A program made the translations under genes and the position numbers. Below are positions 17,308-27,226 of a stretch of 64,000 nt of DNA, piece by piece. The stretch is from NCBI GenBank assembly GCA_036004665.1, contig DASYRG010000015.1, forward strand, positions 1,885 through 65,884, given 5' to 3'. Below the pieces are notes generated by a model. It had not been told where the DNA came from. It saw only the letters and a list, made by a program, of their open reading frames with translations, and searched no databases. The stretch comes from a bacterium (GTDB lineage Bacteria; Sysuimicrobiota; Sysuimicrobiia; Sysuimicrobiales; Humicultoraceae). How positions within the stretch are numbered: the stretch's first letter is position 1; every line of letters begins with the position of its first letter.

Positions 17308-19659
17308 TCAGTTGCGCAGAGGTTTCCCGGTCTGCAGCGTGTGCCGCATCCGCTCTAGCGTCTGCCGTTGCCCCAGCAGGCTGAGGAACGCTTCGCGCTC
17401 CAGGTCCAGGAGGTACTCCTCCGAGACCCAGGACCCTTCCGGCACCTCACCGCCGGCCATGACGTGGGCAAGCTTGCGGCCCACGACCTCGTCATAGGCG
17501 GTGATGTGTCCACCCGTCTTGAGGATGTAGAGGAGCGACTCCAGCGCCGCGCGCCCGCGCCCGCCGCTCACGCGGATGGGGTCGGGCAGCCGCGGGCGGT
17601 GGCCCAGGCGCACCAGTGAGAGCGCGGCGATCTTGGCCTCGGCGATCGCGCGGTCGGTGTTCAAGGAAATTCCGTCGGAGTCGAGCAGGTACCCCATCCG
17701 CAGCGCCTCGTGCGCGGAGCGGGAGACCTTCGCCAGGGCGACCGTCTCGAAGGTCCAGCGGAGCAGGGGGACCTGATCGGCGGTGACCTCCGCGGGCACG
17801 CGCGCCTGCGCGCGACGGACCATCTCGGTTGTGCCGGTCCCCGCCGGGATGAGGCCGACCCCTGTCTCGACGAGCCCCATGTAGGTCTCCGCCGCGGCCT
17901 GCACCCGGGTGCAGGCCAGACAGATCTCCGCTCCCCCCCCGAGGGTGCGGCCCGCCGGCGCGCCCACGACCGGCCGGCGCGCGTAGCGGATGCGCTGGGC
18001 GAGGGCCTGAAACTGCCGGATCGCCATGTCGAGCTCTTCCCAGTTGGCCTCCTGCGCCTCCAGCAGGAGCCACATCAGGTTGGCGCCCGCGGAGAAATCC
18101 CGCGCCTGGTTGCCGATCACCAGGGCGTCGAAGTCTGTCTCCAGGCGGTCGAGAGCCTGGCGCAGCATCAGCCCCGTCCCTTCGCCGATGGTGTTGAGCT
18201 TGGAGTGGAACTCCACGCCGGCCACACCGTCGCCGAGGTCCACCAGGGAGGCATCGGGATTCCGCGCCACCACGGCGCCCCCCGCTTTGAGATCGGCGAG
18301 GATGATGAGGCCGGGGATCGGCGCGAGGTCGCGATAGCCGGACTGCGCGACGTCGAAGTATTGCGTCCTCCCGCCCTGCCGCCGGTAGAAAGCGCCCTCC
18401 CCCTCGGCCAGGAGCTGCGCCACGATGGGCGGCACATCCTGACCTTCTGCTGTCAAGCGCCGCACCGCCGCGGCGACGCCGAGGGCGTCCCAGGTCTCGA
18501 AGGGTCCGGCGCTCCAGCCGAACCCCCAGCGCATGGCGCGGTCGACGTTGACGACGTCGTCGCTGATCTCGGGAATCCGGCGGGCGCTGTAGAGGAGGAC
18601 GTCGCGAAGCAGCTTCCAAGTGAACCGGCCTCCGTGATCAGATGCCGCAGTGGCGGCCCGGAGCCGTTCGGCCGGGTCATCGATCGCCCGGACGGTCTCT
18701 GCCCAGGTGAACGAGGGCCGCTGCCGCGGCCGGTAGGTCATCGTGGAGAGGTCCAGGGCTTCGAGGTCGCCGTCTCGCCGGCGGTAGAACCCGCCGCCAC
18801 TCTTTTCACCCAGCCATCCGCGGGCCACCATCTCGCGCAGCGGGGCGGGGGCGCGGAAGACCTCTCGCGCTTCGTCCGCGGCCAGATGGTCGTAGGCGTG
18901 CTCCGCCACGGATAGGCCGACGTCGAGCCCGACCAGGTCGGCGGTGCGGAAGGTGGCCGACCGTGGCCGCCCCAGCAGCGGGCCGGTGAGCTCGTCGACC
19001 TCCTCGACGGTGAGCCCCATCTCCAACATCAGGCCGACCGCCCGCATGAAGCCGTAGGTGCCGATGCGGTTGGCGATGAAGTTGGGCGTGTCTTTGGCCG
19101 TGACGATGCCCTTGCCCAGGAGCCGGTCGCCCCACGTCGCCACCTCCGCGGCCACATCTGGGTCGGTGTCGGGCGTGGGAATGATCTCCAGGAGTTTCAG
19201 ATAGCGAGGCGGGTTGAAGAAGTGCGCGCCCAGGAAGTGCCGGCGGAACTCCGCCGGCATCTGCGCAGAGATCGTCCCCACCGGGAGACCCGAGGTGTTG
19301 GTCGTGACGATCGTCCCCGACCGCCAGTGCGGAAGCAGCCCCGCCAGCAGCGCCTGCTTGGCCGGCAGGTCCTCAATGATCGCTTCGATGATCCAATCGG
19401 CCTCGGCGGCGCGCGCCAGGTCGCTTTCGATGGACCCGGCCTCGATGAGCCGGTCGAAGTCCGGCAGGAAGAGCGGAGCTGGGTCGATCTTCCGCAGCGC
19501 CTGGCGGGCCCGGGAGGCGAGGTCGCCGAGGTCGAGCATGAGGGTGGGGATGCCGGCGTTGGCCAGGTGCGCGGCGATGGCCTGCCCCATCGTGCCCGCC
19601 CCAAGGACGGCGGCGCGCCTGAGCGCCGTGCGGCGCACCGCCGGTGCGATCGTCTGCAT
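17308..19659 (-). CDS. fadN: Bifunctional 3-hydroxyacyl-CoA dehydrogenase / enoyl-CoA hydratase (FadN-like)
   Basis: N-terminal NAD fold VLGAGTMGQAIAAHLANAG followed by a C-terminal crotonase-like domain. The length of 783 aa is comparable to B. subtilis FadN. Confidence 0.88.
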   Translation of the reverse strand: MQTIAPAVRRTALRRAAVLGAGTMGQAIAAHLANAGIPTLMLDLGDLASRARQALRKIDPAPLFLPDFDRLIEAGSIESDLARAAEADWIIEAIIEDLPAKQALLAGLLPHWRSGTIVTTNTSGLPVGTISAQMPAEFRRHFLGAHFFNPPRYLKLLEIIPTPDTDPDVAAEVATWGDRLLGKGIVTAKDTPNFIANRIGTYGFMRAVGLMLEMGLTVEEVDELTGPLLGRPRSATFRTADLVGLDVGLSVAEHAYDHLAADEAREVFRAPAPLREMVARGWLGEKSGGGFYRRRDGDLEALDLSTMTYRPRQRPSFTWAETVRAIDDPAERLRAATAASDHGGRFTWKLLRDVLLYSARRIPEISDDVVNVDRAMRWGFGWSAGPFETWDALGVAAAVRRLTAEGQDVPPIVAQLLAEGEGAFYRRQGGRTQYFDVAQSGYRDLAPIPGLIILADLKAGGAVVARNPDASLVDLGDGVAGVEFHSKLNTIGEGTGLMLRQALDRLETDFDALVIGNQARDFSAGANLMWLLLEAQEANWEELDMAIRQFQALAQRIRYARRPVVGAPAGRTLGGGAEICLACTRVQAAAETYMGLVETGVGLIPAGTGTTEMVRRAQARVPAEVTADQVPLLRWTFETVALAKVSRSAHEALRMGYLLDSDGISLNTDRAIAEAKIAALSLVRLGHRPRLPDPIRVSGGRGRAALESLLYILKTGGHITAYDEVVGRKLAHVMAGGEVPEGSWVSEEYLLDLEREAFLSLLGQRQTLERMRHTLQTGKPLRN

Positions 19660-19733
19660 GCGCCTTCAGTCTACTGCGCCGCGGCGGACGCCCGCCATGC
19701 CGTGCGTGCTGGCCCGGCACGGGCGCGAGATCC

Positions 19734-21437
19734 TCAGTCAGGGTCGAGCCGGGCGAGAATCCCTTCCATGAGGCCGATGCCGCGCTCCAGCGTGGCCGGG
19801 TCGAAGGCGAAGCGCGCGCCGGCCTCGCCGTAGAGCTCGGGGAAGGAGGCGGTGCCGCCGCGGGCGAGGGCCCGGCGGTAGGCGGCCACGGCCGCATCCT
19901 GATCGCGCAGTGCGTGGCCCCAGACCTGGACCGCGCCCAGCTGCGCCAGCCCATACTCCACGTAGTAGAAGGGCACCGTGTGGATGTGGTGCTTGTGCTG
20001 CCACCCCGCGGCCATGTGCGCCTCGAGCCCGCTCCACTCGACCCCGGGCATGAACCGCTCCCACAGCGCCGTCCAGGCGGCGTCGCAGCGGCTCGGGTCG
20101 CCGGCGTCCTCAGGATGCTCGTAGACCCAGTGCTGAAAGCCGTCCACGACGGCCATGTAGGGCCAGAACAGGATGATCTGTTCCAGGTGCTCGATGTGCG
20201 CGCGTGCGGCGTCGCCCTCGCTGTAGAAGCCTCCTTCGGAAGCGGCGAGATAGGGTGAGGCCAACAGCTCCATGCTCATCGACGCGACCTCGCCGAACTC
20301 GGCTCCGACCACTCGCTGTTGCAGATAGGGGAGCGCGTTGCGCTCGAAGACGTGGAAGGCGTGGCCGGCCTCGTGCAGCAGCGTCTGGACGTCGCCGTGC
20401 AGTCCCACGGCGTTCATGAAGATGAACGGTCGCTTCGACGCGGCAAAGCTGGTGCAGTAGCCCCCGGGTCCCTTGCCCTTCCGGTTGGTCAGGTCGAGGA
20501 GCGCCTCCTGGATCATGGTGTCGAAGTAGACGCCGAGGCGGTCATCGACGCGGTGGAAGATCGCCGCGGCGCGGCCCTGCAGTTCGGCCGCGTCGTGGAA
20601 CGGGGTGAGGGGAGGCCGTCCCAGGGAGTCCGCCGGCAGATCCCAGGGGCGGAGCGTTTCCACCCCGAGGCGGCGGCGCCGCCGCTCGTAGACCCGCCGA
20701 GCGGCCGACACCACCACCTGCGCGATGGCCTCGCGGAAGCTCGCGCAGTCGCTGGGAGAATAGTCGAAGCGGTGCAGTTGCTGCCATTTGAACGCCCGGT
20801 AGTCGCCCGCGGTCGCGTTGGCGGCGATGCGTTGCCGCAGGGTGAGGAGCTGCCGCCACAGCTCTGCGATCGCGTCGTAGTCGGCCGCTTGCCGCTCGGC
20901 GGCCAGACGCCAGGCCCGTTCCCGCACCGACCGATCAGGGTCTTTGCCGAAGGGCCGCAGTTGAGGGAGCGTCAGTTCCCGCCCATCCCAGCGCACCGTC
21001 TGCGCGCCCAGGATCTTGTTGTGCCGGATGACGAGTTTCTGCTCTTCTGCCAGCAGCGCCAGGTTGGGCTCGCGAAAGATCGCGGCGTCGGCGGCCATCT
21101 TGCGCAGCGGCAGGGCGAAGCCGTGCGGGGCCCGCCCGCTGGCGAGCAGATGCGCCTTAAGACCCTGCTCCGCCGCCTGCGCCGCGGGGAAGATCTGCTC
21201 GAGGAAGAGGTGGTACTGCCGCTCCGCTTCCTCATCTGTGGTGTTCTGCGTTGTGGCCACGCGCAGGCGGGCCTGTGTTTCGCTGATGCGCTCGGAGAGC
21301 CAGGTCCAGTCCGTCAGGAATTCGGCAACGCTGCCGGCGGTCAGCGTCCGACCGGCCAGATCGCGATAGTAGGGCTCGATCTGCGCCCACGACCAGCCGG
21401 CGAAGCTGGTGGGGTCCGTTGTCACCGACGCAAACAC
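19734..21437 (-). CDS. Oligoendopeptidase F family (M3B), second paralogue
   Basis: HEAGHAFH zinc motif. The overall layout parallels the gene at 11617..13341. Confidence 0.85.
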   Translation of the reverse strand: MFASVTTDPTSFAGWSWAQIEPYYRDLAGRTLTAGSVAEFLTDWTWLSERISETQARLRVATTQNTTDEEAERQYHLFLEQIFPAAQAAEQGLKAHLLASGRAPHGFALPLRKMAADAAIFREPNLALLAEEQKLVIRHNKILGAQTVRWDGRELTLPQLRPFGKDPDRSVRERAWRLAAERQAADYDAIAELWRQLLTLRQRIAANATAGDYRAFKWQQLHRFDYSPSDCASFREAIAQVVVSAARRVYERRRRRLGVETLRPWDLPADSLGRPPLTPFHDAAELQGRAAAIFHRVDDRLGVYFDTMIQEALLDLTNRKGKGPGGYCTSFAASKRPFIFMNAVGLHGDVQTLLHEAGHAFHVFERNALPYLQQRVVGAEFGEVASMSMELLASPYLAASEGGFYSEGDAARAHIEHLEQIILFWPYMAVVDGFQHWVYEHPEDAGDPSRCDAAWTALWERFMPGVEWSGLEAHMAAGWQHKHHIHTVPFYYVEYGLAQLGAVQVWGHALRDQDAAVAAYRRALARGGTASFPELYGEAGARFAFDPATLERGIGLMEGILARLDPD

Positions 21438-21459
21438 GGGTGGGATCCTCCCGAGCGGC

Positions 21460-23826
21460 TCAGGGCGGCGTCAGTCGCAGGGTGCCTTCCTGCGCCGCGA
21501 GGATGGCGTCTCGTTCGTAGAGCATCGGATGATACTCCGCCGCGGCCCACATCGTAACGAAGTCGCGGTAGTGGCGGTGGAAGGGGATCCCGCTCTGTCC
21601 GGTGCCGTGGATGGCGCGGGCGCTGTTCCAATCCTTCGTGTCGATGAGCTGCCGGTACGAGGCGGCCGCCACCGTTCGGTAGGGCGTTTCCGGATCGAAC
21701 GCCGCGACGTTTACGGTGAAGGCATCCCCTCCGATCTCGGGAGGCGTGGCGTTGAAGATCCACCCCAGCCCACGCTGGCTCCCCAGGGCGTGCTGCAGCG
21801 TCGGCGTGTGCAACCGGCCCCACCGCCAGGCGCCCCGATCTGGGCCCAGCGCGGCTTCCAGATCGACCACCGTCCGCGCCAACGCCTGCTCGATCACCCG
21901 GTCGCGCCCCTCTCCCCACCAGGGATCGGCGGGCCGGCCGGACATCTCCAACAGGAACAGCAGCGGCGCGTCACCCCGCCGCAGGTAGCGGCGGTAGAGA
22001 TCCCGATCGAGGGCGTCTTTGAACACAAGGTGGGAGAGGTTCACCACGAGCGCTTCGTAGAGGGCCGCGGGGCGGGAGTCGGGCCTCACCATGCCGTCCC
22101 ACTCTGTGATCTCTTTGAAGAGGGCGGCCAGCGCGGGATCGGCGACGCGGACGCCCTGCCAGGCCTCGATGAAGCGGCGCGCGGGGAGTGAGAGGACGTC
22201 CCTTTGGATCGACCCCATGTCGTCGTGGCTGAGGCGGGGTCTCTCAGCCAGCAGCGCGCTGATGCGCGCGGCGCGGAACCCCACGTCGAAGTCATGGCCC
22301 AGCTCTTGGGGAAAGCCGGGCGGGGTGACGCGGTTGTTGGCCGTGACGATAACGCCTCCGGCGGGATTAAACGTGGTGGGCAGCTGCTCGTGTGGAATGT
22401 ACCCTTGCCATTCGAAGGCGCCGGTCCAACCGGGGACGGGCAGGCGGCCGTCAGTCCCCGCCGGACGGATCGGGATCCGCCCGGGGGCCACGTAGCCGAT
22501 GTTTCCCTCTCGATCGGCGAAGACGAAGTTCTGGGCGGGGACCGACCACTCACGCAGGGCCTCATAGAAGTCAGTCCAGTTGGCGGCCCGGTTGATCCCC
22601 AGGGCTGCCTGCAGAATGCGGTCGGGATCATACGCCGTCCAACGCAGCGCCATGAAGGAGCCAAGGTTGCGCACGGCCGCATTGAGGATCGGCCCGTGCC
22701 GGGTCACGCGCACCACGACGATCTCGGCCTCGGCCTGCCCCTTCACGCGGATCTCCTCGCGGAAGACCTTCGCCCGCTCCCACTGGCCCTGATAGAGGTA
22801 GAGGGTCGGATCTCGAGGGTGGAAGCGCTCCACGTAGAGATCCTGGACGTCGGGGTTGACGTTCGTGGCGCCCCAGGCGATGTGGCGGTTGTGGCCGATG
22901 AGGACGCTGGGCACCCCGGCGAAGGAGGCCCCGGTGACGTCGTACCCGCCGCCGACCAGGTGGTTCTCGTACCAGACCGACGGCATCTGGATGTCGAGGT
23001 GGATGTCGTTGGCCAGCAGCGCCCCCGAGGTCGACCGCGACGGGGCCACCACCCAGTTGTTGCTCCCGGCGCCCAGCGTTCCCGCGAGAAGCGCCGCGAA
23101 GGGCAGTCCCGCGGGCGGAGTCAACCCGGGTAGACCGCCCCCTGCCGTAATCGTCGGGGTGCCGGGCGCCTGATTGGGAAGGAGCAGTTGGATTCCCTCC
23201 TCCCCGAAGCGGATGGCCAGCCCGGCGCGCAGCAGTTCACTCCGCCAGGTGCCGCCGAGCACCCAGGCCATCAGCTTGGCGAAACTGAGGCTATCCACCG
23301 GCGTCCAGGGTTCGGGCTGGAAGCGCAGCAGGAGGAATTCCAGCGGCAGGCGCGCCCGATGGGTTTCGATGAAGGCGTTGACCCCCGCGCTGTACGCCTG
23401 CGCCGCCTCGATGGCGGCGGCGGTGGGGGGGTTGGCCGCCCCTGCCGGGGCGATGGACGCCCAGCCCTCCTCCGCCGCGCGCCGCAGTCCGAGGACGCGC
23501 ATCAGCCGATCGGTCTCCAGCGTCACGGGCCCGAAGATCTCGGAGAGGCGTCCCGCGGCGAGGCGGCGGGAGAGATCCATCTGCCAGAGCCGGTCCTGAG
23601 CGTGAACGTAGCCCTGGGCGAAGAAGAGGTCGGCCGCCGACTGCGCGTAGATGTGCGGGATGCCCCAGCGGTCGCGGATGACCTCGACGGACGCCCGCAG
23701 ACCGGGGACGGTGATGGTGCCCGAGACCTGCGGGAAGGGACGCCGCACCAGGTAGGCGGCGCCGCCCCCCGCCACCAGCACGAGCGCGAGGGCGAGGGCG
23801 AGCAGCACGCGAGCCAGCGGGCGCAC
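21460..23826 (-). CDS. Penicillin acylase family (S45 Ntn-hydrolase), membrane-anchored or secreted
   Basis: 788 aa with an N-terminal hydrophobic anchor MRPLARVLLALALALVLVAGGG. It has the GAGSNNWVV nucleophile-Ser motif typical of penicillin and AHL acylases. Confidence 0.85.
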   Translation of the reverse strand: MRPLARVLLALALALVLVAGGGAAYLVRRPFPQVSGTITVPGLRASVEVIRDRWGIPHIYAQSAADLFFAQGYVHAQDRLWQMDLSRRLAAGRLSEIFGPVTLETDRLMRVLGLRRAAEEGWASIAPAGAANPPTAAAIEAAQAYSAGVNAFIETHRARLPLEFLLLRFQPEPWTPVDSLSFAKLMAWVLGGTWRSELLRAGLAIRFGEEGIQLLLPNQAPGTPTITAGGGLPGLTPPAGLPFAALLAGTLGAGSNNWVVAPSRSTSGALLANDIHLDIQMPSVWYENHLVGGGYDVTGASFAGVPSVLIGHNRHIAWGATNVNPDVQDLYVERFHPRDPTLYLYQGQWERAKVFREEIRVKGQAEAEIVVVRVTRHGPILNAAVRNLGSFMALRWTAYDPDRILQAALGINRAANWTDFYEALREWSVPAQNFVFADREGNIGYVAPGRIPIRPAGTDGRLPVPGWTGAFEWQGYIPHEQLPTTFNPAGGVIVTANNRVTPPGFPQELGHDFDVGFRAARISALLAERPRLSHDDMGSIQRDVLSLPARRFIEAWQGVRVADPALAALFKEITEWDGMVRPDSRPAALYEALVVNLSHLVFKDALDRDLYRRYLRRGDAPLLFLLEMSGRPADPWWGEGRDRVIEQALARTVVDLEAALGPDRGAWRWGRLHTPTLQHALGSQRGLGWIFNATPPEIGGDAFTVNVAAFDPETPYRTVAAASYRQLIDTKDWNSARAIHGTGQSGIPFHRHYRDFVTMWAAAEYHPMLYERDAILAAQEGTLRLTPP

Positions 23827-23890
23827 GCCGGTGGTTTCCCCTCTCCGGGGCCACTTCCTGCGGTCAGCAGCCGCATGCTACAGTGAGACG

Positions 23891-24811
23891 GTGGCGCAGC
23901 TGCCCGTCGCGGCGCGCGTTCCCGTGCGCGCCGCGCTTCTCTCCGTCGCCGTGAGCGTGGTGCTGCTGGCGCTGAAGTTCGGCGCCTACCTCTTCACCGG
24001 TTCGGCGGCGATCCTCTCCGACGCGGCGGAGTCGGTCCTCAACGTCCTCACCGCCAATCTGGCCCTGATCAGCCTGATGATCGCGGCGCGTCCGCCCGAC
24101 GCCGGGCATCGTTATGGGCACGGCAAGGCGGAGTACGTGAGCAGCGCCAGCGAGGGCGCGTTAATCCTGATCACCGGTCTCATCGTGGTCGGCAACGCGG
24201 TGCGCCGCTTCGTGCGCCCCGTGCCGCTGGCATCCCTGCCCCTCGGTCTGGGGCTCGTCACCGTCGCCGCCGTCGCGAACTTCCTCGTGGCCAGGTTCCT
24301 CCTGCGCATCTCCCGCGAGCACGATGCCGTCGTGCTGGAGGCGGACGCGCGCCATCTCTTCGCCGACGTGGTGACCTCCGTGGGAGTGGTGGCCGGGCTG
24401 GGGCTGCAGCAGGCGACGGGGCGGCTCTGGCTGGACCCCCTGATCGCCGTGCTCGTGGGCGCCCACATCGCCAGGCTGGGGTGGGGAGTCTCCCGCGGCT
24501 CCGTTGGAGGCCTGATGGACGCCCCCCTGCCGCAGGACGAAGAAGCCAGAGTGCGCGCCATTCTGGCCGATCACGCCGACGACATTGTCAACTATCATGA
24601 ACTGCGCACCCGCAAGGCGGGCTCGGACCGCTTCGTCGATCTGCACCTGGTGCTGCACCGCACCCTCTCCGTAGGGCAGGCGCATACGCTCTGCGACGAC
24701 CTGGAGGAACACATCCGGCAGGTGTTGCCCCGCACCGACATCACGATCCACGTCGAGCCCTGCGGTCGGGCCTGCGTCCGCTGCGCCGCCCTGGCCGCCT
24801 CGCGGTCTTGA
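23891..24811 (+). CDS. Cation diffusion facilitator (CDF) family metal efflux transporter
   Basis: CDF motifs SDAAESVLNV, HRYGHGKAEY and DARHLFADVVTS, plus a C-terminal cytoplasmic domain. The start is uncertain: the track ORF begins at 23831, and I prefer the in-frame GTG at 23891. Confidence 0.8.
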   Translation: MAQLPVAARVPVRAALLSVAVSVVLLALKFGAYLFTGSAAILSDAAESVLNVLTANLALISLMIAARPPDAGHRYGHGKAEYVSSASEGALILITGLIVVGNAVRRFVRPVPLASLPLGLGLVTVAAVANFLVARFLLRISREHDAVVLEADARHLFADVVTSVGVVAGLGLQQATGRLWLDPLIAVLVGAHIARLGWGVSRGSVGGLMDAPLPQDEEARVRAILADHADDIVNYHELRTRKAGSDRFVDLHLVLHRTLSVGQAHTLCDDLEEHIRQVLPRTDITIHVEPCGRACVRCAALAASRS

Positions 24812-24850
24812 CGGCGCTGCCGGGGGGAAGATAGCCTTAGGGTCAGGCGA

Positions 24851-24868
24851 ATTTAGCCTCGACTAAAT
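24851..24868. promoter_or_regulatory. Palindrome ATTTAG-N6-CTAAAT upstream of the MCO-ZIP-DtxR operon; candidate metalloregulator operator
   Basis: Inverted repeat read directly from the sequence. It ends 20 nt upstream of the ATG at 24889, in a locally AT-richer stretch. The assignment to the DtxR-family protein is inference. Confidence 0.3.
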
Positions 24869-24888
24869 CTCCGCCTCGAGGGTCCACG

Positions 24889-26025
24889 ATGAGCATCTTC
24901 CGCCGGCTCCGCCGGCCCCAGCCCGATCGCACGCCCCCTTCGCCCGCCCCGACGGACGGGCGCTTCTCCCGGCGTGCCTTCCTGGCCAGAAGCGCCGGCC
25001 TGGCCACGGGGGCGTCTCTGCTGCCGCTGGCCTCGGCGCTGGCGCCCGCCGCCGCCTCGACGGGTCACCGTCACGACGCGACGGCCGCCCAGGCCGCACC
25101 CGGCCAGGGACCCGTCGCCGCGCCGGGGATGACGCACGGCGGCAACCTGGCGGTGGGAGAGGTCGATACCGGGCGGATGGGGTACGACCCGACCTGGTAC
25201 ATCACGAATTTTGATCGCGGGCGGGCCCGGGTACGTCCGGACGGCCGTACGCTGCGAGAGTTTCAGGTGGTGGCCTTCGACAAGACGATCGAGATCGCGC
25301 CCAGGCTCTTCTTCCCCGCCTGGACCTTCAACGGCACCGTCCCCGGCCCGACCCTGCGCGCCCGCGAGGGAGATCTCGTGCGGGTCAAGTTCATCAACGT
25401 GGGCACCCACCCTCACACCATGCACTTCCACGGCATCCATCGCGCGGAGATGGACGGCGTGCCCGGCGTGGGCCCGGGCGAGATCGCCGTCGGGGCCAGC
25501 ACCGTCTATGAGTTCGGCGCCGAGCCGTTCGGCCTCCACCTGTACCATTGCCACGCCCTGCCGTTGAAGCGGCACATTCACAAAGGACTCTATGGGGTGT
25601 TCATCATCGATCCGAAGCAGGGCCGACCGCCCGCGCGCGAGCTGGTGATGATGATGAACGCTTTCGACACCAACTTCGACGGGGAGAACGAGGTCTACGC
25701 TGTCAACACGGTCGCCTTCCACTACATGAAGCATCCGATCCGGGTGCGGCGGAAGGAACTGGTGCGCATCTATCTGGTGAACATCACCGAGTTCGACCCG
25801 GTCAACTCCCTGCATATCCACGCCAACTTCTTCCACGTCTACCGCACCGGGACGCGGTTGCGCACCGAGGAGTTCACCGACACGATCATGCTTGCGCAGG
25901 CAGAGCGGGCCGTGCTGGAGGTCCGGTTCCCCTTCCCCGGCCGCTACATGTTTCACGCCCACGTCAGCGAGTTCACCGAGCTGGGGTGGGCGGGATTCTT
26001 CGAGGTGAGCGACGATGGCGTCTGA
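24889..26025 (+). CDS. Two-domain multicopper oxidase (cupredoxin; NirK/laccase-like) with a Tat signal
   Basis: Twin-arginine motif SRRAFLARSAGLATGASLL. Copper ligand motifs are HTMHFHG, LYHCHALPLKRHIHKGLYG (HCH), HIHANFFH and MFHAHV. Confidence 0.8.
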   Translation: MSIFRRLRRPQPDRTPPSPAPTDGRFSRRAFLARSAGLATGASLLPLASALAPAAASTGHRHDATAAQAAPGQGPVAAPGMTHGGNLAVGEVDTGRMGYDPTWYITNFDRGRARVRPDGRTLREFQVVAFDKTIEIAPRLFFPAWTFNGTVPGPTLRAREGDLVRVKFINVGTHPHTMHFHGIHRAEMDGVPGVGPGEIAVGASTVYEFGAEPFGLHLYHCHALPLKRHIHKGLYGVFIIDPKQGRPPARELVMMMNAFDTNFDGENEVYAVNTVAFHYMKHPIRVRRKELVRIYLVNITEFDPVNSLHIHANFFHVYRTGTRLRTEEFTDTIMLAQAERAVLEVRFPFPGRYMFHAHVSEFTELGWAGFFEVSDDGV

Positions 26026-27217
26026 TCGCGCCGCCGCCCGCGCGGCCCCGCCGGCGTCTGCGGGCCGAGGCCGCACCTGGGCGTACGGCCTGTTCCCGGT
26101 GCTTCTGCTGGCGGTGTTCGTCGCGCTGTTTCTCCGGTTCGGCCCCCTCGGCGTCTTCCGGGCGGCGTTTCCGCCGGTGGAGGAATTGACGATCACGCGC
26201 GCCACCCTCTCACCGGGGATGATCGAGCTGGCCGTCACCAACGGCGGCCCTTCCCCGGTGACTGTGGCGCAGGTCCTGGTCGACGAAGCCTACTGGGACT
26301 TTCAAATCCGTCCCGACCGCACCATCCCGCGGTTGGGGCGGGCGACGATCGCGATTCCCTATCCCTGGGTGGAGGGCGAGACCCACGAGATCGTCGTCCT
26401 TTCGGAGAACGGCATCGCTTTCACGCACACCGTCGCGGTGGCCACGGAGAGCCCTCGGCCGGACCGCCAATCCCTGCTCACCTTCACCCTGCTGGGCGTC
26501 TACGTCGGGGTGGTCCCCGTCTTCCTGGGCATGCTCTGGTTCCCGTTCCTCCGCCGCATCGGCCGGCGCTGGCTGAACTTCTTCCTCAGCCTTACCGCCG
26601 GGCTCCTCGTCTTCTTGGGCATCGACGCGATTGCCGAAGCGCTGGAGAACGCGCACAGCGTCCCGGGCGCGTTTCAGGGGATCGGGCTGGTCGGCGTGGG
26701 GGCGCTCGTCAGCATTCTGGTGCTGATCGCGGTCGGGCGCGTGGCGCGCCGCGGCGGGGCGGCCTCCCCGCTGGTCGTCGCCTACCTGATCGCGGTGGGG
26801 ATCGGGCTGCACAACCTGGGGGAGGGATTGGCGATCGGCGCCGCCTACTCGTTGGGGCAGATCGCCCTCGGCACGTTCCTGGTCCTCGGGTTCATGCTCC
26901 ACAACACGACGGAGGGGCTGGGGATCGTCGCCCCCATTGCCCGTCAGGGCGCCTCGCTGGGGCAGCTGTCCGTGCTCGGACTGATCGCGGGCGCGCCGAC
27001 CATCCCCGGGGCGTGGTTGGGCGGGTTCACCGTGTCCCCGGTGGCGGCCACCCTCTTCCTCGCGGTCGGCGCGGGCGCGATCTTCCAGGTCGTCTACGAG
27101 ATCTTGAAGTTGATGGTGGCGGAGGCGGGTCAGGAGGTGGCGACGCTCATCAACGTGGCGGGCTTTGCGCTAGGGCTGCTGATCATGTACGTCACCGGTA
27201 TCTTCGTGGCGGTGTAG
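26015..27217 (+). CDS. ZIP-family divalent metal transporter with an N-terminal extracytoplasmic extension of about 130 aa
   Basis: ZIP signatures GIGLHNLGEGLAIG and MLHNTTEGLGI. It overlaps the MCO gene by 11 nt. Confidence 0.8.
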   Translation: MASDRAAARAAPPASAGRGRTWAYGLFPVLLLAVFVALFLRFGPLGVFRAAFPPVEELTITRATLSPGMIELAVTNGGPSPVTVAQVLVDEAYWDFQIRPDRTIPRLGRATIAIPYPWVEGETHEIVVLSENGIAFTHTVAVATESPRPDRQSLLTFTLLGVYVGVVPVFLGMLWFPFLRRIGRRWLNFFLSLTAGLLVFLGIDAIAEALENAHSVPGAFQGIGLVGVGALVSILVLIAVGRVARRGGAASPLVVAYLIAVGIGLHNLGEGLAIGAAYSLGQIALGTFLVLGFMLHNTTEGLGIVAPIARQGASLGQLSVLGLIAGAPTIPGAWLGGFTVSPVAATLFLAVGAGAIFQVVYEILKLMVAEAGQEVATLINVAGFALGLLIMYVTGIFVAV

Positions 27218-27226
27218 CGGGCGTCC

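Noticed and set aside
24853-26241. A 462-aa minus-strand ORF opposite the multicopper oxidase and ZIP genes.
   Set aside because: The sequence is low-complexity and rich in Arg, Gly and Pro. The plus-strand genes carry copper-ligand and ZIP motifs, so the minus-strand ORF is a shadow.
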